From Camelus ferus (taxonomy: Eukaryota), in assembly GCF_009834535.1 (NCBI RefSeq), contig NC_045697.1:99512001-99576000 (forward strand): a DNA stretch of 64,000 bases, given 5' to 3'. This document shows positions 38,701-48,540 of the stretch, in pieces. Below the pieces are notes generated by a model. The model saw nothing but the letters and a program-made list of their open reading frames with translations. It had not been told where the DNA came from and searched no databases. Position 1 is the first letter of the stretch. Every line of letters begins with the position of its first letter. The translations under genes and the position numbers were made by a program.

Positions 38701-40118
38701 GCAGCGGCCTGTCCTCTTCCCCTCCCCCAAGCAGGCTCTTTGTCACGGAGCGCCCGGCGAAAGCCCGCGCCGGCACCCGCACCACCCCCGGCGCCGACGA
38801 CCCCCAGACCGGGGACGCGCGCGACTTATAAACAGCACACCGAGAGGGCCTCCTGCGACGTGGATCGAGGTGCGGTCTGCGGGGGAAACGGGAGAAGCCC
38901 CGCGGCCCCTCCGCGCTCCCGGATTTCCACCGCCCGCCCCACCCCGCACACGCGCACAGCCCTAACCCGGGCAGCCCGGCGGGGATGGGGGCCGCAGACA
39001 CCTTCCCAAGCTTCCGGCTCCCTCTTCCCCCCGCCCCCCAACCCAGAAAGGAAAGCAAAAGAACCGGAGAGAGGAGATAAGAGAAAGGATTCTACCCTCA
39101 GGGTTAGGGGGTGGGAACTGCCCCTTCCTCCCGGAGAAGTTAAGCCATTGGCTGCTCCTCCTACTTCGAACCCACCCACCCAGACATTTAAGCCTCTTTC
39201 ACCTCCCCGCTACCTTCCACTCCTCCAGGCTTATCAGACGGGCCCGGAAAGTTGGCGGGGAGCAGGGCGGGAGAGAAGCGGAGAAAGCTCTGTGCAAGCA
39301 AGTTTAAGAGGAGGAGAGAAAACAATCCCCACCGAAGTTGCTTGCGGGGACTCTCCGCGTAAGCCCAGGGCTTAGGTCTCCTCACCCGCCCCCAAGAGCA
39401 GCTCCCCCCTCGGCCCTCTGGGCCGTTCCACCTGCCAGGCCAGCCCGGTGTCTCAAGAGGCGAGGGAGCGCACCCGCATCCCGCATCGGCGCGCGCGCAC
39501 GCGTGCGCGCGCGCAACCACCCTCGCTTGCTTCTCACCCACTTCAAAGTTCATTCACAAAACTCTCAAGACTTTCTCAGCCCGAATGGGGTGAGTTGGGG
39601 AGAGGAGGCGAGAGCATCTCCCTTCCTCCTCCTCTCCCCCAGGTTTCGAAGGCCTGGTGCCCGCCCAGAATCTGCGACAGCATCAATATCTCCCTGCACC
39701 CGGCAGATGTGCTGAGAGGGGTGGGCGAAGGGGGGACGGTTCTGGGGGGTGGGGTGAGAGCGCTGAAGAGGAGGAGCGAGGTTTCAACTCTGGGTTCACT
39801 CCTTCAAATCGGTATCTAAGAAAGGGGGGGGGGGACTTTTCCAGTGCCTCACTCCGACGCTCCTCCAGGCTCCCTCCGCCCCTCGCAGTCGTGACTGGCT
39901 TCTCCCCCTCTCGCCCCCTCTTCCCCAAATCTGACAACCCTGACAGATTAACAGGTAGCGGCGACGGCAGCTTTTACCTCAGAAAAGTTGATGTTAAACC
40001 CTTCGGCTTCAGCCCACCTCCCCCGCCGTGCAAATCAGATCCTCGTGCCCCCTTGTAAGAAGCTCCACGCCTCCCCCCGCCACGCGCGCGCCCCATGCCG
40101 CTGCCAGCGCGCCCTCAC

Positions 40119-40595
40119 CATGATCAGCGTGTGGTTCCTCTGCTCCGCCGAGGCAGCCTCCGCATCTTGCTGGGGTTTGCTCTGGTGCTGTTGCTTCCCG
40201 GTGCCGGCACCCGATTTCTTGGCTCTCTGCTCCAAGGTCCGCTGATAGAGGCTCACGGTGTCCCGGCGCTCCAGCTCCAGCTGCTCCACCTGAGCCTGCT
40301 GGTACCTGTTCTCGCAGTTGACGTGGTGTCGCCGGCAGCCCTCGATGCGCTGGCGGAGCCGCTCCACCACCGTGCTGTGCTTGGGGACGGCCGCCGATCC
40401 GCCGCCGGGGCCCCCGGAGCCGCCGCCGCCGCCGCCGCAGCCGGCAGCGGGGTGATTGCTACTTGGAGCAGCGGGAGTACTATTGGGAGTATTATTCACA
40501 CCGATCCCGGCCCCGCCGAGGCTGCTGTTCAGGCTACTGTTGATGCAAATACTACTGCCATTCGCGGCAGCAGCGGGGGCTGCGAAATCCCCCAT
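40119..40595 (-). CDS. MAML3: Mastermind-like protein 3, coding part of exon 1 (159 codons; N-terminal basic CSL/NICD-binding domain)
   Basis: Translation MGDFAAPAAAANGSSICINSS...VPKHSTVVERLRQRIEGCRRHHVNCENRYQQAQVEQLELERRDTVSLYQRTLEQRAKK...RNHTLIM is the MAML3 N-terminus with the Mastermind basic helix. Strong Kozak context AGG-ATG-G at 40595. Phase-0 donor ATG|GTGAGG after 40119. Lies in a CpG island. Confidence 0.97.
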
Positions 40596-41451
40596 CCTGC
40601 TCCCCGGGCACACTATTTTGGAAGAACTTTTTTTATCCACCCCCTATCAGCCTCCTCCTTGGGTCCAAGGATTAAAATAGTTTAAGTGGAACGCGGGGGA
40701 GACGCAAGCACATGGATGGAAACAGCGATCCCGACCGGGCGAAAAAAAAAGGGGGAGAGATTTTGGGGTGGTTTTTTTTGTTTGTTTCCTTTTTTTTAAC
40801 TGTAAAGCTCGAGGGGGAAAAAAGAGGGGGGTGTTATCAGAATACCATCAGACACCTATCAACAAAAAGAATCACAACAAACTGAGCCAGCAGCAAATCG
40901 GGTTGCAACTCAAGGGGAGATCCGCTCTTCGCCTGCCTTCTTTTTATAATCCATTATTTTCTAATAAATTCCAGGAGATTTCCGGTGGTTGGCAAGCATT
41001 TTCTCCCTACGTACCGAAAAACACACCCCATGTACACACACAAGCATATGCCTCCAGTGAGGACACGCGCGACACACACTCACTCCACACCGTATCGGAA
41101 AACAGCAAGCTTGCTTATTGCATTTTCGTTCCACAAAAAAGTTTTGGTGTTTATGCCGCCCCGTGTTCTCAAAGTACTTTGGCTGCTCAGTTGCATTTCA
41201 CAGGAACCTAGATATCGAATCCTTGGGCTGGGGGAAGTAAACACATGGACAGTCCGAGGCGACTGCAAAAGTAGATCGGTGAAGTCCTTTGCAAAACGCC
41301 GCGCAGAGAGCAGCCCCTAACGCTCGGCTGGGCTGCCGCTGCCGCCGCTGCTCCTGCCACCATCACAATGATCAACTGCTCGCCGCCGCCGCCGCCTCCT
41401 CCTCCTCCTCTCGCTCCTCCACCTCCTCCTCCTCCTCCATGCCAGCGGAGT
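40596..41451 (-). other. MAML3: Probable 5' UTR of MAML3 exon 1 (~850 nt, uORF-rich)
   Basis: Continuous sequence between an Inr-like TCACTCC (minus strand, A at 41451) and the ATG at 40595. TSS position is inferred, not measured. Confidence 0.6.
41381..41437. repeat. Compound (CCG)n/(CCT)n trinucleotide repeat in the MAML3 leader
   Basis: cgccgccgccgccgcctcctcctcctcctctcgctcctccacctcctcctcctcctc. Confidence 0.9.
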
Positions 41452-41480
41452 GATATCAGGACGCGCGAGCTCAGTAAACA
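41447..41480 (-). promoter_or_regulatory. Putative MAML3 core promoter: Inr (TCACTCC) with a forkhead motif TGTTTAC 23-29 nt upstream
   Basis: Minus strand reads GTGTTTACTGAGCTCGCGCGTCCTGATATCACTCCGCTGGCATGG. YYANWYY match at 41453-41447; GTAAACA on plus at 41474-41480. Confidence 0.45.
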
Positions 41481-41727
41481 CGGCAGCGGCGGCGGCTGGA
41501 GGCCGTGAGACAAGCCCGGGGACACGGCACAAAACCCGGCCCGGACTCTCAGCCGGCAGGAGCGGGCGCGGCGCGCACGGGCATCCGACACCGGGCTCCC
41601 GCCTCCCTCCGCTCGCCTTCCCTGCCCCTCCCACGCCCCCAACCTCACTGCCAGACTGGGAAGCCGGCGCTGCCAGAAAAGAGAAAAAGAAAGATTCTGG
41701 AGGATTTCGGGAATGAATCAACTTTTG

Positions 41728-41766
41728 GCGTGTGTGTGTGTGCGCGTGCGTGTGTGTGCGCGCGCG
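41728..41766. repeat. (TG)/(CG) alternating purine-pyrimidine tract upstream of the promoter
   Basis: gcgtgtgtgtgtgtgcgcgtgcgtgtgtgtgcgcgcgcg (39 bp). Confidence 0.9.
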
Positions 41767-43742
41767 AACGGCCGCGTGGACGCGCCTGGCTGGATTTCCT
41801 TATTCCAAGCAAGGTATCAGGCGAGCCCAAGTTGTTGTTATACATTTATGCATTATATTGCAGAACTGTGCATGACCAGGCAGAAACATTGAAGCTTCAC
41901 AGCAGTTGTCTATCATCCCTATCCATGTGGAAGGAAAAAGGCAAATGAGTGGCTTGTTTTAAAAACCCAGGTAATAAGTCCTAGCTAGTGATAACCCTGT
42001 TTATGGACACTTGTTCCAACTATAGGCCAGTCTTAAAACATAAATACCAAATCCTGAACAAAAATAGGCAACAAAAAACTTGGAATATTAATTCACTGTA
42101 CATAATGATTGTTGTTATTAGGGCAATTATTGTTTTACTTACCCTTGGAAAAAATTAAAATAAAGCAAGCAGGGACTTGGAGGTGAGACTCACAGTACAT
42201 TTTAACAGACTGTTTCGAACACTAGGTGCTAATGACAGCAGTAATTAAGGGTCCTTCGTAAATCAAGTGGAAAGATTGCAGATTTCATGGACTAGAACTA
42301 TAGGAAAAACACAGCATTTCACAGTTTGTCATAACCAAAACAAAAACAAGCAAAACTAAAAAGCTTACTTTCTTGCTAGATAATTTCTTTCTGCTTAAAT
42401 GAATTCACAGTAAGTACAATTAAAACCGAGAAGCAATCCCAGAAAGCAATCTAAACTTTCTGTCAATTTCCCAGATATTGAGTATCAAAAAAAAAAAAAA
42501 AAAAACCCACACTAACAAGAACTAAGGATCAAATATAACATCCTTGAATCTGGACTTAACCTATTGCATATACATAATTTTGAAAAAATTTATAATATAG
42601 AGTAAGAGCATTGCTGTGATCATCAGTAGGACAAAGTCTTAATTGTGAGCTGTTAATAATAAGGCATTTTGTATTATCTCAATAAATTTTACAGAATTAG
42701 TTTTTAGGGTAAAAATACACCCCAGTTTTCTAAAATAGCCAGAAATAAAAGAACTTTGGATCTCATGCATTAGTCATGAGATCTGATTTAAACCATCTTC
42801 ATTTCTTGGCATTGCAGATTAGCATAGGATGCTATTTCTAACCTCATAATGTGAGCAATAAGAAGCTATATTTTTCTCCAATTAATCAGGTCTATATGGT
42901 GAACTGTATCTTTAACATTCATTGGATTATATGGTAAAATGGGCAGAAAATATTGATTAACGTGGTGTGAGGTTAACTCTTAAGTTGTGAAATCAATGTG
43001 AGAGAGTATCTTTCACTGAAGTTGCCATACTTTTTCAGAGGGCTAGTTAGTTAACATACAACTTTGTATCATAACTGTCCCTCCTTCACATCTGTTAGGA
43101 AATTAAACTGAGTTCTATAGCAAAAAGGCAGTTCAGATTCTGAAAACAGAAAATTATAAGAAATTATAAGAAAAGACATCACAAAGTGGCCTTTGTCTGT
43201 TTCACATGTTCACTAAATAATATCTCTATTAATTCAGGAAACACATGGCTTCACTGCAGAGAGGAAGCTATGACTGCATTCACACTGCTCTTTCTTCACT
43301 AGAATTTTTCTTTTTCCTACCTACATCACCCATACAAGCCTGCAATTTGATTTACAGAGGCAGCAAGTTTGAGGGTCTTGAGCATTGGGTCTTCAGTTTA
43401 GAGACTTGGGTTCCAATTCTAACTTTTTCCTATGCCTCAGAATTTAACTTTTCATTGAGAGTTTGTCATTCTGAAAAAAAATTTCAACAGTAGCAGCAAC
43501 ACACATTCCCATCAAGCTGTTTACCTCTCTTATCATGAAGGGAAGCCAAGAATACACGAAAATTTGCATCCTTCCCTTTGGGGGACCAGCAGATGGAGGA
43601 GCATACTTGTGGCTTTACCCCAGAGCTCCCCAAAGACAAGTGGAGCTATTCTTGCACAACCACAGTATAGTTTACCGCCCGAGTTTAGTGCATGAGTGGA
43701 CTGACTAAACACAAAAGAATGGCTGACCGTTTATGGGTATAG

Positions 43743-43744
<2 letters not shown>

Positions 43745-43798
<54 letters not shown>
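43745..43798. repeat. Perfect (AC)27 microsatellite
   Basis: 54 bp of uninterrupted AC. Confidence 0.97.
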
Positions 43799-43800
<2 letters not shown>

Positions 43801-44899
43801 CACCCATCTTTTATCTTGTCAAGATGGTAGGAGTGGCAGCCACAAGCTCCAAGACCAAAATGTGGGAAAGGAAGGGCTGCGAAGCTGTGTAATGGCCCTC
43901 TGGAGGGTGAGGGGTGAGTCTTTGAGGAAATTAACCTGTGCGGTAAGTACTCCTCTGTGACATACTTGAGATCAGAAACCCCATCCTAATTGTGCAGGAC
44001 GATTAGAAGAAAGAAGCAGGAAGTGAACAAGACTTGGGTCTTGAGCAATACAGGCAAGTTACCCTGAACTACAGATGTTTATCTACTCTGGTCACCTTAG
44101 AAATAGCAGAGGCTTTTATACTGGCTACTTCTAGACTCTCCTATAAGGATATATATTCCTACAAGGTTGCCAGCTTTCTTCGTCACCATACTAAAGAATT
44201 CTTTGAAAGTCATAGGGAAGTCCAAGATGTGGGGAAGCAATTTTGGTTCCTTCTCCCTACCGAGCACCCTGGTAGCATGACCATCTTGATCTTTTATATG
44301 CACCTGCTACAAAGCAAAACTCTGGATGGGAGCTATAGACATATCCTCAGTACTGTTGCTCTAGAAAGGCAAAGAAATCTCAGATGCCATAGCAGTGACA
44401 AGAAAGAAATTACGTGGTTGCATCTCAAGACACTGATGATCTCTCCCTGGATGCCAAAGAGAAGAAGGGCTTGAGGAAGTCCCTGTGCCAGGTTGTCCTA
44501 AGGCTCTGGCTCTGAGCCAAAGTTGACAGTTCTAAGGAGCTGAACCAGATTCCCTTTTCTTTAGGCCAACTCTGCATCATCCTCGCATGTCCTTCTGATA
44601 GGGCCCAGTGTCCCAGAGCTAAGAAAGAGGGCTTTGTGTAAAACTACCGTGTAAGTGCCGCTTCTGCATCCTTATTAATGTGGATCAATAGAGCTGGCTT
44701 CATAACTGTCCCCTAAAAGAATACTTGGTGACCAAGGTAGAGTAGGAACCCTCTGCTGCCCATCTACAGGTAAGCAGACCTTTTTATATTTGCCCAGAGT
44801 GGGCCCAGGAAGCTGTGAATTACTAGCAGCAGTGGGGAGTTTGCCCTCCACTACCTAGTAAGAGCTATCACTTCAGGAATTCCATGAAGAGAGTGATGG

Positions 44900-45330
44900 C
44901 CTTCTGTGGGCCAGGCACTGTGGTAGGCACTGGGAATTCAACACAACAGTGTATGGAACACCATCCCAACCTCAGGGATAGCCAACTCGATTCAGGGCGG
45001 TAGATACAGTGATGGGACTAAAGAAGTGGGCCTGGGAACATGTAAATGAGGCCTTCAGGACATGCCTGGGGGGTCTCCATGGGCACTCTAAAAACTGGGC
45101 AGAAGTGAGCCAAGCAAAGTTGGGGGGCAGGTCCAAAGTGGGGAGCTAGGAGACAGTGAAGTAAAGCCCTGAGGCAAACCCACCAGGAGTTCCCTCTCAC
45201 AGGGTCTCACGTGAGTGTGAGCGGGTGTGATGAGAAATGAGGCTGGGGGAAAAGCAAGAGGCAGATCTTCCAGAAGCCTAGACTCTATCTTTGGGACAAT
45301 GCTGCCATTGAAAGGATTCTAGCTGATGTC
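44900..45330 (-). mobile_element. Degenerate L2 fragment
   Basis: tgtgggccaggcactgtggtaggcactgggaattca...agaaatgaggctggg...gcagatctt...gactctatctttgggacaat...ccattgaaaggattcta. Confidence 0.55.
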
Positions 45331-46689
45331 TACTTTTTACTTTGGCGATGCAGTGGTTATGTTATTTATACTGTTTTCTAGGGAGTGTTCTGAAGAACCT
45401 GGTCCTGTAAGAGGTTTCACCAGAAAGGCTTCTGAGCCAAGTACGTTTAGGAGATGATCTGTACTGCATCTCTCTCTCGAAGATTCATTACCACGGTGAG
45501 GGCCACAAGAAATCTTGCAACCAAGCATGTTTAACTTTGTTTAACCTAGCGTTGCCAAAATCCTGTTCTGTCCCACAGAATGAAACACACTCTAGAAAGC
45601 TCTGTGTAGGAGAGAGTAAAAATTGAAGGCAGTTGTAAATCTATGTAAGTTCAAGACAATTGCCTGGACAGGCAGTCTGTGACAAAGACCACACTCCCCT
45701 TACCATCAGCTCTGCCAGAATCACTAGCACCTGGGGTTCAAGATCCTTCCCCAACCTTAACTGAATGTGTTGAATTCTGACCTTTAAGCAGGAGGGATGC
45801 AGCAACCCAGAGGCAAAAATCCCAGAAGGGTGAATGTGACCAGCATTTTTCAGTATTAATACTCTGAGTTTGTCATCTTAATATCCATCTCTGCACAATA
45901 AAACCTCCTTATTAGGGGGAAAGGTCAGTCTTATTTAACTGAAAATCTTACTTATGTAATATCTTTAAAGATAGTTTCATAACTTTTGAAGCATGCATTC
46001 TTCCAGTCTAACCATTACTGGCCTCTTGGAGCTATTTTAATGTGCTCCTTCTACTTATAAAAAAAACCAATTGTATGCAGATGACAGCCCCATAGGCAAG
46101 GGGTGTTTCGAAGGTTGGTTTCCTTAAGTATTTAAATATCCCTATCAAGACCCTGTTTACATGATTAATTTTCACTTTTTATTAAAAAGAGGTTTACTAA
46201 GCTGTAGATCATGTCATAAATTTTGAGAGGAATATGAATTAATGGGTTTATTTTCTTATTTATGTATTTTAAATATGTGTATAATCATTTTATGGTTATA
46301 GGGAGAAAGGTTATCTATCTAAAGTCCATGGCAGACAAATTCTTTAAAAGCTTTTTGTTCTGCTTCACGTATATGTACCTTTATTCTCAGGCTAAGTAAT
46401 TTGATATAATAAAGCATCTGCCTTGAACAAGGTCTAGCTTCCATGTAAGATGTTGAAAACCTCTGAAATTTGGGGACAATATTTATAAAATCTCTTATTT
46501 ATTGAGGCCTACCAGCAGCCAAACCATTGACTTCAAAGACAATTATTTAACACATAATTGAAGAACTGAAAAACTGTACTTTTTTTGTTATAAACATTTA
46601 CGGGTGATCAGCAATAGCCTCAGATATCATTTTAATGGTCAACGCTCAGTGAAAACTTGCTCTAGTCCAGGTTCTATTATTGGCCCCTA

Positions 46690-46810
46690 CTTCACTGGTA
46701 AAGAACCTGAGGCACAGAAAGCTTACAGAACTTCCCCCAAGCCACAGATGCAAAGTGGCAGAGTCTGACCTTGAACCCAGGAGATCTGACCCCGGAGCAC
46801 ACGCTATTGA
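46690..46810 (-). mobile_element. MIR SINE fragment
   Basis: ggtaaagaacctgaggcacagaaagctta...aacttcccccaagccacag...aagtggcagagtctgaccttgaacccagg. Confidence 0.7.
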
Positions 46811-47449
46811 AGGAACATGACATGGAAGTAGGTTCCTAAGGTGCCTTCTTATTTTAAGGGTCTACATTTCTATGAAACTAAGATCACTGCCTTTTATCCA
46901 GATGTCACTTCAGCTGAAGTCTGAGGCTGCTGCTGCAGTGTTTAGGAGGGCTTCAGCTCAGGAGTCATTCTTCCAGAAGCCAGGCCTCCCTCAGCCCCTA
47001 TTCTGGGCTAGTCACCTTATCAGAGCTCTGAACCATGTGCTTTTCTCCGTCTTGGCACTTACATAATCACATTATGTTCTGTCTATTTACCTAGCTCTCA
47101 CTTAGGTTTTATTGGTCTTTGGACCTAACCATGAGAGAGCTCCAGAACTGTGTCTGGGGAATGACTAAATGAAAGAGTGAATGATTCTCAATTTCCCAAA
47201 GTTACAAAATGGGAAGGGAGTTGTGACCAGTCCTGAACAGGAGACCTGAGGAGACGACTACTGCACTGCCATTCTGTAGAAACTATGTGAATGCAGTACG
47301 AGAAAATCACAGTAACATGTGATTTATCTGTTCGAAATGTAGCTTCTCAGGGATTTGAGGTAGTGTGTAAATTGGCTTGGAGAGTTGTGGAGTGGAAGAG
47401 AGGTAGATGGAGCAGGGCCAGCCTCTTACAGATTCTATTGGAGCATCTG

Positions 47450-47900
47450 TATCTGTCACATCTACTGGACACCCGGGACCGTGTGTCAGATACTAGGCAA
47501 GGCTTTTCCCATGTTAACCAACTTCATAATCCCAACAACCCTAGGAGGTATGTAAACCAGAGTCGGCCCAAAGGTGCCTTTAACATGAATTCAACTTTAA
47601 TATGAATTCAACTACATGCTCTGTCTTGTGTATTTTATATATATAGTCCATCTATCTAATCCATGCTCAAAAGTAAACAAGAGAGGGGAGAACTATTTTG
47701 GAGCTGCTCAGTCGGCAGAGGAATGTACCAAACTATGTATACTTATTTCACTTCATGGATGATGATGTGAGGGTTTTAAGGTGATTACAATTACATGCTG
47801 AGAAAGATATAACTCCACCACATTATTATTCCTATTTTGCAGATAAGAAAATGAAGGCTTAAAGAGTTTACATAACTTGCATCCAAATCAGCTCCAAAGC
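47450..47900 (-). mobile_element. MIR SINE split by a ~270-bp unidentified insert (47551-47820)
   Basis: gtgtcagatactaggcaaggct...cataatcccaacaaccctaggaggta, then the insert, then cattattattcctattttgcagataagaaaatgaaggcttaaagagtttacataacttgc. Confidence 0.65.
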
Positions 47901-48004
47901 CTCCGTCTTATGTACCTGTCTGGATCCCCTTTGTGTGCTTTTGTTGTTGTGGTGGTGGTGGTGGTGGTGGTAGGGGCCTTGTAGCTATTCCCTTGCTGCT
48001 ATTG

Positions 48005-48125
48005 TCATCCATTCAGCAAATATTTATTGACTATTGACAAGTCCTATGTTAGGTGCAAGGGATGAAGACTTGAACAGAAATATTCTCCTCCCCAAGGGAG
48101 TTTAATAATCTAGTGGGGAGAAGGA
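48005..48125 (-). mobile_element. L2 3' end
   Basis: cattcagcaaatatttattgact...tgttaggtgcaagggat...ggagtttaataatctagtgggg. Confidence 0.7.
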
Positions 48126-48540
48126 AATATAAATAATACAACAGGCCAACATGAGAGTGTTGCAGTTAGCTCTTGATTGAGCAGAGTTTAAGGGAGGGTT
48201 AAGAATGGGTTTGTCTCGGTTAAAAAAAAAAAAAAAAACTAATGAGAAGGGGATTGGAAAAAACAATTAACCTAAGCTTAGTTAGAATGATTAAGGAAAG
48301 GTTTACCATTCTATATCTAACATTCAAAAGGTAAAAAATAGTAAGATTCGACAGTTTAAGAATACAAACATCACTTTCATCATCCAACGAAAAATCCCCC
48401 AAAGGTATCTGTTTAATGGTTTGATATTGCCTGTTCCCAGCCTAGTGCTCCCTTTTAAACTTTGGAACAAAGCCTGAGCAACATCAGTTTGACTCTGAGC
48501 AAACTGCATTCTTCACTGTTACTCTAGTAGACAGTCAAGG

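Larger units (their letters stand above)
1..40118 (-). other. MAML3: MAML3 intron 1 (proximal 40 kb; continues beyond the window)
   Basis: Begins GTGAGG at 40118 on minus. No ORF resembling the following MAML3 sequence (LQETVKRK..., poly-Q) occurs in the window. Confidence 0.9.
37600..41830. promoter_or_regulatory. CpG island spanning the MAML3 promoter, exon 1 and proximal intron 1
   Basis: Very high GC and CpG content at ~38100-39000, 39400-40600 and 41300-41800, with several GC-boxes (e.g. GGGGCGGGG near 38324). The leader interior (40600-41250) is more AT-rich. Confidence 0.92.

Noticed and set aside
38033..39375. Long ORFs of 293-338 aa on both strands in the intronic CpG island
   Set aside because: Low-complexity Pro/Gly/Arg/Ala translations open in several frames at once, as expected from stop-codon scarcity in GC-rich DNA; no recognisable domain.
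40095..40685. 196-aa plus-strand ORF antisense to MAML3 exon 1
   Set aside because: Shadow ORF of a GC-rich coding exon; no independent evidence.
40940..40954. uORF start MDYK resembling a FLAG tag
   Set aside because: It continues KKAGEE, not DDDDK; no sign of engineered sequence.
42759..42783. 9-bp inverted repeat GATCTCATG-N7-CATGAGATC
   Set aside because: A few stems of this length are expected by chance in 64 kb; too short for a miRNA-type hairpin.
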